From an uncultured Actinomycetes bacterium (lineage in GTDB: Bacteria; Actinomycetota; Actinomycetes; S36-B12; UBA10799): a DNA stretch of 64,000 nt. Positions within the stretch are counted from its first letter, which is position 1; the number at the start of each line of letters is the position of its first letter. Below, one piece after another: positions 52,971 through 61,042 of this stretch. Under the pieces are notes generated by a model. It did no database searches, had not been told where the DNA came from, and was given only the letters and a program-made list of their open reading frames with translations. Both the position numbers and the translations under genes were made by a program. The DNA is taken from positions 3,434 to 67,433 of the forward strand of contig CAZVKB010000002.1 of NCBI GenBank assembly GCA_964627505.1, given 5' to 3'.

Positions 52971-54233
52971 TCATGCCTCAGACATCAGCTCGCCACTCAG
53001 CTTCCGCCCTCGCTGCGCCACCACCACCAGCGGCACTGCCAGCACAATCAACACGGCGGCAGCAACCGACATCCGCACCCAATCGTCCCCCGCGCCAGCC
53101 ACGGCCGCACCCAAGACCGGGGCGAGAAACCCACCCACCAAGCTCGCTCCGCCGACCACAGCGGCCAGGCGGCCAGCCGGATCGAGGTCCGCCGCGGCGG
53201 CAAACATCAAAGGCGTGAAACAGTAATAGGCCAGATTCACGGCCAGTAATCCGAGAAAGAACACTCCGCCGTTCGGCGCCAGTCCCATCAACAAATTACC
53301 GACTGCCACGATCAGAATGGCCCCAGGCAGCACCGGCCACCTACCCACCCACCCGCGCGTAACGGCGGCGAACAAGGCTCCTGCCAGTCCAAGGATTTGC
53401 GTGATCCCGAGCGCTTGTACAGTCCGCTCGCTACTCAAACCTGCAACCTGGCCGATCTCCGCAGCAAAGGTCCACATGGCGAAGTTCCCGATGCTCAGTG
53501 CCAGCATCGCGAGTACGAGGAGCGCGGCCGGACCGCGCAACCATGGCTGGACACCTGCAGGCTCGGATTCCACCCCACTGGGAGCCACCGATCGAGCAGC
53601 GGGCTGGAACCGGATCGCAGCCCGCGATCCCGGGGTGCTTAAGGCAACCCCCAACGCCACCACCACGATGCCCGCCGCCGCGGTAAACAGCCCCCAGAAC
53701 GGTGATGCCGAGGCCAGCGTGGGCAAACCCGCGAGCAGCGCCGAGCCGATGAGCACCGTCACCACTGTGGCGACACTGAATGCTCGCACTGAGTTGCGAG
53801 CGTGCGACAGGGTGGCATTGCCCGTGGCGGAGGCCACCCCCGCGCCAAGTCCTACCGCGACTTGGGCTCCGATGACAGCCGGCGTCGCCGTGACCACGCT
53901 GGCCACGCTCCAACCCAGCAATGACAAGGTCATGCCCGAAACCCCCAGGAGAAGTCGATTGCTGCGAGCCAACAGCGGCACAATCCCCAGCGCCCCTACC
54001 GCCAGTGATCCCTGCGTGACGCTGACCACGGTGCCGGCCAACGCCGTGCTCAACCCGAGGTCGCTTTTCAGGTAGGACGACAGCAGCGGGGCCAGAAACA
54101 CCGGCAACAAACTCACCACCAGCAGGCTGATGGCCGCCGAAGTCACCTGGACGTCGCTGGGACGCGGTGCGGCATTGCTCACGCCTAAACTCCTTGAGTT
54201 GTGCCCAATCTGGGAATATAGTTCAATCCTCAA
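52971..54233 (-). CDS. MFS transporter
   Basis: About 12 hydrophobic segments across 420 aa, with two 6-TM halves. Start uncertain. Confidence 0.7.
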   Translation of the reverse strand: MRIELYSQIGHNSRSLGVSNAAPRPSDVQVTSAAISLLVVSLLPVFLAPLLSSYLKSDLGLSTALAGTVVSVTQGSLAVGALGIVPLLARSNRLLLGVSGMTLSLLGWSVASVVTATPAVIGAQVAVGLGAGVASATGNATLSHARNSVRAFSVATVVTVLIGSALLAGLPTLASASPFWGLFTAAAGIVVVALGVALSTPGSRAAIRFQPAARSVAPSGVESEPAGVQPWLRGPAALLVLAMLALSIGNFAMWTFAAEIGQVAGLSSERTVQALGITQILGLAGALFAAVTRGWVGRWPVLPGAILIVAVGNLLMGLAPNGGVFFLGLLAVNLAYYCFTPLMFAAAADLDPAGRLAAVVGGASLVGGFLAPVLGAAVAGAGDDWVRMSVAAAVLIVLAVPLVVVAQRGRKLSGELMSEA

Positions 54234-54400
54234 CCACTTTTGCAGGTGATACGCAGCCTACTCACACGCTATTCCCCGCCCGAGGAGCCATCTTGGCCAC
54301 CACACCCAGGTCGACCCCTGGCGCCGCTTTCGACACGTTCCTGCGCGAACTCGCACCTGCTGCCCACCAACGCCGGCCGTGGACTCCGGAGGCAGGCCCG

Positions 54401-55168
54401 ATGCCGGCGGTGTTCCTCAGCCACGGCGCACCACCGCTTTTCGACGACGCCGAATGGATGTCCGAATTGTTCACGTGGGCGCAGTCGTGGCCGCAACCCA
54501 CCGGCATCGTCATCATCAGCGCACATTGGGAGGCCGCGCCGCCGGCGCTATCAGCCACCGCTGCACAGACGCCCCTGGTGTATGACTTCGGTGGATTCGC
54601 GCAGCGCTATTACTCGATGACCTACCCCACGCCGGATGCCAGCCAGCTCACGGCTGATGTGCGGGCCGTCATGCCGGATGGCACCTCACTGCATCAGCAT
54701 TCCGCACGGGGGCTGGACCATGGGGCTTGGGTGCCGCTGAAGGTGATGTTCCCGGATGCGGATGTACCTGTCGTGCAGTTGAGTCTGCCCAGCGATGCAC
54801 CGGCACAACTGCTGACGCTCGGAGCTCGGTTGCGGCCGCTGCGCGAATCAGGCGTGTTAGTGATCGGTTCCGGTTTCGCTACCCACGGGTTGCCGTTCCT
54901 GACCCGCGAGATGTTCGTGGACAATCGACCGGCACAGTGGTCCCGCGACTTCGACGCCTGGACCGCCTCGGCGCTGGCTGCCGGCGATCTCGACACCTTG
55001 GTCAATTTCCGTACCGCCCCTGGCATGCCCTACGCCCACCCCACAGTGGAGCACTTCACTCCGATGTTCGTTGCCTTGGGCGCGGCCAGCTCGAGCGCCG
55101 CCCCACTCACCACTGCGATTACGGGCTTCGCCATGGGGTTGGCCAAACGCTCCTTCGAGGTGTACTAA
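54401..55168 (+). CDS. Class III extradiol ring-cleavage dioxygenase (LigB/YgiD, 4,5-DOPA dioxygenase-like)
   Basis: MPAVFLSHGAPP..., IVIISAHWE, GLDHGAWVPL, VIGSGFATHG. Start set at the Met matching the YgiD-family N-terminus. Confidence 0.82.
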   Translation: MPAVFLSHGAPPLFDDAEWMSELFTWAQSWPQPTGIVIISAHWEAAPPALSATAAQTPLVYDFGGFAQRYYSMTYPTPDASQLTADVRAVMPDGTSLHQHSARGLDHGAWVPLKVMFPDADVPVVQLSLPSDAPAQLLTLGARLRPLRESGVLVIGSGFATHGLPFLTREMFVDNRPAQWSRDFDAWTASALAAGDLDTLVNFRTAPGMPYAHPTVEHFTPMFVALGAASSSAAPLTTAITGFAMGLAKRSFEVY

Positions 55169-55197
55169 TCCTCTGAGGTACGCCTTAGGATCGATGC

Positions 55198-56004
55198 ATG
55201 TCTGACCCTGAGGTGCCGGGACGCCACAGCTCCGATGTGCTCGATGCTATTTGGGAGAAAGTTGCCGATAAGCCCGAACACTCAGCCAGTGCCCAAGTGC
55301 TGTTTCGCGCCAAAGCCCTCAAGCAGCTCGATGTCGCCGATGAGCTGGACAACCAACTGCCACTAGTCTCCCGGCGCAGTTGGCTGTTGCTGGTTGGGGT
55401 CGCACTGTTAGTCGCGGCGCTGTTCCTCTGGGCATCGTTGACCCCGAGTGTCACGAGCATCGCCGCTGCCGGTCGGATCACTGCCGCTCCCGGGGCAACG
55501 CCGGTCGTCACTCCGGTGGGTGGGGTGATGGCAGCTGAACTCGTCACCGTCGGCACGGTCGTGCAACCAGGACAAACCGTGTCCACGCTGCTCGTGGCGG
55601 ATGGCGAAACACCGATCAAGGCAGTCGGCGGTGGCACCGTGTGGCAGGTGTTGGCCACCACCGGTGAGGCCGTGTCGGCCGGAGCGACCGTGATCACATT
55701 GCTCCCGCCCGGCAGCGAGACCTCGGCTCTGCTGGCTGTCCCCGAGACCCAAGCTTTCGCGATCCGTCCGGGCATGACAGTCGACGTGATCGCCGGCGGC
55801 CAGGTGCGCGGCGAGGTCACCGCCCTCAGCGCCCCCCTCCCAGCTGTGGACGCGGGTCAGCGCACTGGCCTAGCCCTCTCGCCGGCCGAAAACTACGTCC
55901 TTGTGACGGTTGCCATGAACAGCCCATTGCCTGCCGGGACTGCCGCCACCGGCCAAGTGATCTTGTCGAACAGCACAGTGTTTGAGCGGGTGCTCGGCGT
56001 ATGA
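55198..56004 (+). CDS. HlyD-family / NHLM-bacteriocin-system-type secretion (membrane fusion) protein, short form
   Basis: LFRAKALKQLDVADELDNQLPLVSRRSWLLLVGVALLVAALFLWASL...GRI matches the characteristic N-terminus of RiPP-export HlyD proteins. One TM plus a beta-rich periplasmic part. 268 aa. Confidence 0.8.
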   Translation: MSDPEVPGRHSSDVLDAIWEKVADKPEHSASAQVLFRAKALKQLDVADELDNQLPLVSRRSWLLLVGVALLVAALFLWASLTPSVTSIAAAGRITAAPGATPVVTPVGGVMAAELVTVGTVVQPGQTVSTLLVADGETPIKAVGGGTVWQVLATTGEAVSAGATVITLLPPGSETSALLAVPETQAFAIRPGMTVDVIAGGQVRGEVTALSAPLPAVDAGQRTGLALSPAENYVLVTVAMNSPLPAGTAATGQVILSNSTVFERVLGV

Positions 56005-58187
56005 CCACTACCGCTGCCGACTCACCCACCACGACAAAGCGCCCGCGCCGACGACGCCGCACGCCGGTGCCCGCTGTGCTCCAGATGGAGGTGACCGAAT
56101 GCGGTGCCGCGAGCCTGGGCATGGTGCTGGCGCACTACGGCAAGTTCGTGTCGCTGGAGGACCTGCGAATCACCTGCGGCGTGGCTCGGGATGGGTCCAC
56201 CGCCCGCAACATTTACGCAGCTGCGCGTGCCTACGGTCTGGAAGTACGTGCCTATCGGCGGGAACCCGCGAACCTCAAAGACCTCACCTTCCCGCTCATT
56301 GTGCACTGGCGCTTTGCCCACTTCCTGGTCGTGGAGGGCTGGTATCCCGGCGGGTGGTATCTCAACGACCCGGCGATGGGGCCGCGCCGGTGCGACGATC
56401 AGGAGTTTGATGAGTGCTTCACGGGTGTTGTCCTGGAGTTCACTCCCGGTCCCGACTTCCTCCCTGGCGGCTCCCGGCCAGGCGTGCTCGGGCGACTGCT
56501 TCGAGCGGCGGGAAACATCAACCCGATCCTGACCTATGTCGCCATGCTGGCGCTGCTGCTGCTGGTGCCGACGCTGGTGGTCCCGCAAATCGTGCGCTTG
56601 TTCGGCAACCAGTTGGCCGGCGCAGCGGGACTCGCAGCATCGGTCGCCGTCGTTGGATTGCTGATGGCCACCGGTGTGCAAGCGGCGCTGCTGTGGCTGC
56701 AAGGTTCACTCTCGGTCAAGATGGCCACAAAAGTGTCGGTCCGGTTGGGATCGGCCATGGTGTACCGACTCTTGCGATTGCCCGCCGCTTTCCACGCGCA
56801 GCGCGGGGCGGCGGCCCTCACGCAGCGGGCGGTTCTCGCCGATCAGTTGAGCAACGGCGTCTCCGCGTTGGCTGTGACCGCGGCCACAGGCATCCTGACG
56901 TCCGCGGCCGGGGCGGTGGCGCTGGTGATTGTGGATCCCCCCACCGGGGTGCTGGCAATCGTCATCGGGCTCGCTGCCGCGTGGTCGATGAATTGGACGA
57001 TGAAGCGGTCCCGAGACGAAGCCGCCCGGGTGGTGCGGGAAACGGTCGAAGTCGGCGCAGTGATGTCCTCCTCGCTCAACCAGATCGAGTCGATCAAGGC
57101 CGGCGGGAACGAAGACGGGATCATCGCCCGTGGTCTGGCGGCGCAGAATCGGCTCTTGGAAGCCCAACAGCGCATCGGCGTGCGCTCGTTACTGCTCACC
57201 CTGTTGCCCAGTGTTCTCACCGGCACAGGCACAGTGCTGATTGCTGCGCTTGGAGCTTGGCGGGTCTTGCAGAACGCCGTGAGTCCGGGCACGTTTTTGG
57301 CCATCCTCACGTTGTCGGCCGTCGTGATCGCGCCGCTCACGCAGGTAGTCATCGCTTTGGACATGGCCCAGACGCTGCGGGCCACGCTCGATCAAGTTGA
57401 CGATGTGTTGCGCACACCCGAGGACCCCGAGTACACCGATGTACCTTCCGGTGACTTGCCGGCCGTCTTACAGGGCGACTTGCGCCTGGTCAATGTGACG
57501 TTCGGCTACAGCCGCCGGTCGTCACCGGTGATCACCGATCTCAACCTGCACATCGCCCCCGGACATCGCGTCGCGCTGGTGGGTCCAAGTGGCTGCGGCA
57601 AGTCCACTGCCGCAAAACTGGTCACCGGTTTGTACGCGCCGTGGTCCGGCGAAGTGTTGATCGACGGCAAACCCCGCAGCGCCCACGCCCGCGATGTCCT
57701 CACCGATCAGATTGCGTTGGTCGATCAGGACGTATCTGTCTTCGCAGGCACCTTCCGGGACAATGTCACGCTGTGGGATCCGACCATTCCCGATGAGGAC
57801 GTGCGGGCAGCCATCCTGGATGCCCAACTCGGACCCGACGTCGCCCGTCGACCTGGCGGGCTGGACGCAGTGCTCACAGAAGGTGGCGCCGATCTGTCCG
57901 GCGGACAGCGGCAACGACTGGAAATTGCGCGCGCTCTGGTCCGAAATCCGGCGCTGCTTGTGATGGACGAGGCCACCAGCGCACTGGATCCGCTCACCGA
58001 GCAAGCCATCGATGAAGCCGTCCGACGCCGCGGCATCTCCTGCCTGGTCATCGCCCATCGACTCTCGACCATCCGCGACAGCGATGAGATCGTGGTACTG
58101 AGCGAGGGCTCCGTCGTGGAGCGGGGCACTCATGAACAATTGCTCGCCGCAGGCGGCTCCTACGCGGCCCTGGTGGGATCTGCATGA
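56001..58187 (+). CDS. C39 peptidase-domain ABC transporter (bacteriocin/RiPP leader-cleaving exporter; peptidase/permease/ATPase)
   Basis: C39 residues are intact: Q-x5-C (VLQMEVTECGAASLGMV), HFLVVEG, NDPAMG. Six-TM domain. Walker A GPSGCGKST, signature LSGGQRQRLEIARAL, Walker B LLVMDEATSALD. ATGA overlap upstream. Confidence 0.9.
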   Translation: MTTTAADSPTTTKRPRRRRRTPVPAVLQMEVTECGAASLGMVLAHYGKFVSLEDLRITCGVARDGSTARNIYAAARAYGLEVRAYRREPANLKDLTFPLIVHWRFAHFLVVEGWYPGGWYLNDPAMGPRRCDDQEFDECFTGVVLEFTPGPDFLPGGSRPGVLGRLLRAAGNINPILTYVAMLALLLLVPTLVVPQIVRLFGNQLAGAAGLAASVAVVGLLMATGVQAALLWLQGSLSVKMATKVSVRLGSAMVYRLLRLPAAFHAQRGAAALTQRAVLADQLSNGVSALAVTAATGILTSAAGAVALVIVDPPTGVLAIVIGLAAAWSMNWTMKRSRDEAARVVRETVEVGAVMSSSLNQIESIKAGGNEDGIIARGLAAQNRLLEAQQRIGVRSLLLTLLPSVLTGTGTVLIAALGAWRVLQNAVSPGTFLAILTLSAVVIAPLTQVVIALDMAQTLRATLDQVDDVLRTPEDPEYTDVPSGDLPAVLQGDLRLVNVTFGYSRRSSPVITDLNLHIAPGHRVALVGPSGCGKSTAAKLVTGLYAPWSGEVLIDGKPRSAHARDVLTDQIALVDQDVSVFAGTFRDNVTLWDPTIPDEDVRAAILDAQLGPDVARRPGGLDAVLTEGGADLSGGQRQRLEIARALVRNPALLVMDEATSALDPLTEQAIDEAVRRRGISCLVIAHRLSTIRDSDEIVVLSEGSVVERGTHEQLLAAGGSYAALVGSA

Positions 58188-61042
58188 CCAGCGAGGATGC
58201 CGCCGCACCGCTCACGGCTGCCGCCTCCGTGACCTCAGTGACTGCAGCCGACATCGTCGAGTTGGCTGCGGGGGACGCCGTTGTGGTCGTGTCCGGGCAG
58301 GCTCTGGTTTTCGTGCAGGATCCCGGTGGACGCCGGATCCGACTGGCCACCGTAAATGTCGGCGAAGCAATCGTCGGGTGCGACCCGATGCGCTCAGGCG
58401 CCCGCATGATTGCTACCGGGCTGCCGGGAACCACTGTGCGGCACGTCCAGGTCGGGCCAGACACGCCCGCGGCACTGCTGCTTGGCTGGATTAGCACGTT
58501 GGGGCGCGCGATTTCCGCGGGCCGCTGGCCCCAACGCTTGCTGGCTTTCGACCAGGAACTGTCCATGCTGGCACCCGGCCAACACATTGGTGTAGGCCGG
58601 GACGTCAGTCAGATGGTATGGGCACAGCTCACCGCTGGCACTGCCACTCTCTGTGACGAGCCGGCTGCCGAAATCACCACCTTCGACCCCGCCCTCCCCC
58701 TGCCAGCGGGCACATGGCTTACCACCGGCATGCGGGCACGGGTGCGGCCGGTATCCGCTCCTGCGCACCTGGCGGAATGGTCGGAGCCGCTGGCTGTGCT
58801 GGGTCGGTTGACGATCTCGACGATGCTGGCGCGGCGCCAGAAAAGGGATCAAATAGCAGTAGCACGGTTGGAGACCCGGGAGGCCGTGTCCGATGCCGCC
58901 ACCCAAGAGGCTGTCGATCTGTTGGGCTCAGCAGTCGGCGGGAAGCAACGCCTCCCCACCCTGTCTGACCAGCGCCGCGCTGCGGAACTGGCCACCGCGG
59001 CCGAGGTGGCGCGGGCGACGGGTTTGGTCCTCGAAGACGATGCTTTGTCGCGGGCCGCAGCAGAGGTGGAGTCGGGTCGCGAGCCCGCCGCCGCGGTCGC
59101 TGATGCCTGCAACGCCCGGGTTCGACCGGTGACGTTGGCGGCGGGCTGGTGGCAGCGGGAAGGTCCACCAGTGGTGGCGCGCGTGACTCCGCTCAACGCC
59201 GGCCCCGCGCAACCAACAGCAGTCGTGTGGCGGCGCGGCTGGGTACTGCTAGATCCGCAGACGGGTGTCACCACGAGCGTCGATGATGACGTTGCGGACC
59301 GGGTGGATCGACACGCCATCGAGATGCTCCCCGTGTTGCCACCTAGCCCAAGCTCACTGCCGGATCTCTTGAGATTGGCGCTGCGGGGCAGTCGCGCCGA
59401 ACTGGTCGTTGTGTGCGGAATCACTGCGCTGTTGGCCGGCTTGTCGTTCGTCACGCCTTTTCTCATGGGCCAACTCGCCAACCTATTTCTGGCATTCGCC
59501 CCCACGAGCGCCTACCTCGGACTGTTCGGCGCATTGCTGCTGGTGATGTTCGCCGGGACCACCTGGCAAGCTGTGCGCGCGTTGGCCTTGTTACGAGCCC
59601 GCTCCCAAGCTGCGGTCATCGCAGCCGGAGCAGTGTGGGAGCGCGTGCTGCGCCAACCGGCCACATGGCACGCGAAGCACCCACTGGGGGAACGTAGCGC
59701 CCAGGCCTACGCTGTAAACAACGCATCGGGGGCGTTGCCGGACGAAACCATCGCCCGGCTGCTGGATGTCACTATTGTGATCGGCAGCCTCGCAGCAGTT
59801 GCCACCACCAATTCCGCGTTGCTGTTTGGTCTTATGGCTGTGCTTGCGGCGCAATTACTTGTCACGTTCTGGATGCTGCGGGCGTCCGCCCTGCGGGCAG
59901 GAGAACGAGTCTCCGCCGCAGCTACCGCTACCGGTCGACTGATGGAGATTTTGAAATCTGTCAATCGTTTGCAGGTCGCCGGCGCCGAGTCGCGGGCCTT
60001 TCTGCGTTGGGCGCAGGTGCAGGCGCATTTCGCCCGGGCCGACCAGCGGTTGCGCCGGATCACGATGGCGCAAGGCCTGGTGATCGCCGTGTGGCCGATC
60101 CTGACTTTGGCGGTGGTGATCGCCATGACGTCGATCACAGCTGCCAGCTTCGGTGAGTTCGTCACCGCCCAGACAGCAGCCACCGGGGCCACGATGGCCG
60201 TGGCTGCCATGATGCTGTCCGCCAATGGCGCGCTCGTGGCTCGACAGTCGTTACGCCAGGCCGCCCCCGTCCTGGAGTCAGTACCGGAAGGTGGCGCGGA
60301 TGGAGCCCTGCCGGGGGTGCTCAGCGGCGGATTTGAGGTTCAAGACCTGGTGTTCCGCTACGAACCAACGCTGCCCGCCGCATTGGAGAACGTCAGTTTC
60401 GCCATCGCACCCGGCGAACATGTCGCGATTGTGGGGCCTTCCGGGTGCGGCAAGACCACCCTGATGCGCATCCTGCTTGGCCTGGAGGAACCCGAGTCGG
60501 GGGTCATCACAGTGGATGGCCGGGATCTCGCAGCGCTGAATCGCCCAGCCGTGCGACGCCAAATCGGCTCCGTATTGCAGTCGTCCACGCTGTTGCCGTG
60601 TTCGATTAAGGACAACATCACGATGGGCCGTTCCATGAGTCACGACGAGGTGTGGGCAGCCTTGGAACTGGCAGCGGTAGCCGATGATGTCCGGGCCATG
60701 GCCATGGGGATTGACACTCCGGTGACCGATGGTGGGGGCACCCTCTCGGGAGGGCAACGCCAACGGGTTTTGATCGCACGGGCGCTGGCGGGCAACCCCC
60801 GCATGCTGATCCTGGACGAAGCCACGAGTGCGCTGGACAATCTCACCCAGGCGGCGGTGGTGGAGGCCCTGCAGAACTTGGCGATCACCAGGGTGGTCGT
60901 GGCGCACCGGCTGTCCACGATCAGGCAGGCCGACCGGATCATTGTGATGGCAGACGGTCGCGTGGTCGACCAGGGCACCTACGACGAACTAGTGGCTCGA
61001 CAGGGCGCGTTTCGAGAACTCGCGATGCGGCAGCAGGCGTGA
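58184..61042 (+). CDS. ABC transporter permease/ATPase with ~400-aa N-terminal cytoplasmic extension (NHLP-type bacteriocin export partner)
   Basis: 952 aa. TM region starts near residue 410. Walker A GPSGCGKTT, LSGGQRQRVLIARAL, MLILDEATSALD. ATGA overlap with the upstream gene. Confidence 0.88.
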   Translation: MTSEDAAAPLTAAASVTSVTAADIVELAAGDAVVVVSGQALVFVQDPGGRRIRLATVNVGEAIVGCDPMRSGARMIATGLPGTTVRHVQVGPDTPAALLLGWISTLGRAISAGRWPQRLLAFDQELSMLAPGQHIGVGRDVSQMVWAQLTAGTATLCDEPAAEITTFDPALPLPAGTWLTTGMRARVRPVSAPAHLAEWSEPLAVLGRLTISTMLARRQKRDQIAVARLETREAVSDAATQEAVDLLGSAVGGKQRLPTLSDQRRAAELATAAEVARATGLVLEDDALSRAAAEVESGREPAAAVADACNARVRPVTLAAGWWQREGPPVVARVTPLNAGPAQPTAVVWRRGWVLLDPQTGVTTSVDDDVADRVDRHAIEMLPVLPPSPSSLPDLLRLALRGSRAELVVVCGITALLAGLSFVTPFLMGQLANLFLAFAPTSAYLGLFGALLLVMFAGTTWQAVRALALLRARSQAAVIAAGAVWERVLRQPATWHAKHPLGERSAQAYAVNNASGALPDETIARLLDVTIVIGSLAAVATTNSALLFGLMAVLAAQLLVTFWMLRASALRAGERVSAAATATGRLMEILKSVNRLQVAGAESRAFLRWAQVQAHFARADQRLRRITMAQGLVIAVWPILTLAVVIAMTSITAASFGEFVTAQTAATGATMAVAAMMLSANGALVARQSLRQAAPVLESVPEGGADGALPGVLSGGFEVQDLVFRYEPTLPAALENVSFAIAPGEHVAIVGPSGCGKTTLMRILLGLEEPESGVITVDGRDLAALNRPAVRRQIGSVLQSSTLLPCSIKDNITMGRSMSHDEVWAALELAAVADDVRAMAMGIDTPVTDGGGTLSGGQRQRVLIARALAGNPRMLILDEATSALDNLTQAAVVEALQNLAITRVVVAHRLSTIRQADRIIVMADGRVVDQGTYDELVARQGAFRELAMRQQA

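Noticed and set aside
52201-54075. Plus-strand ORFs 52201..53226, 52311..53249 and 53317..54075
   Set aside because: They are antisense to the basic-protein ORF and the MFS transporter. The products are Arg/Pro/Ala low-complexity with no hydrophobic or catalytic patterns.
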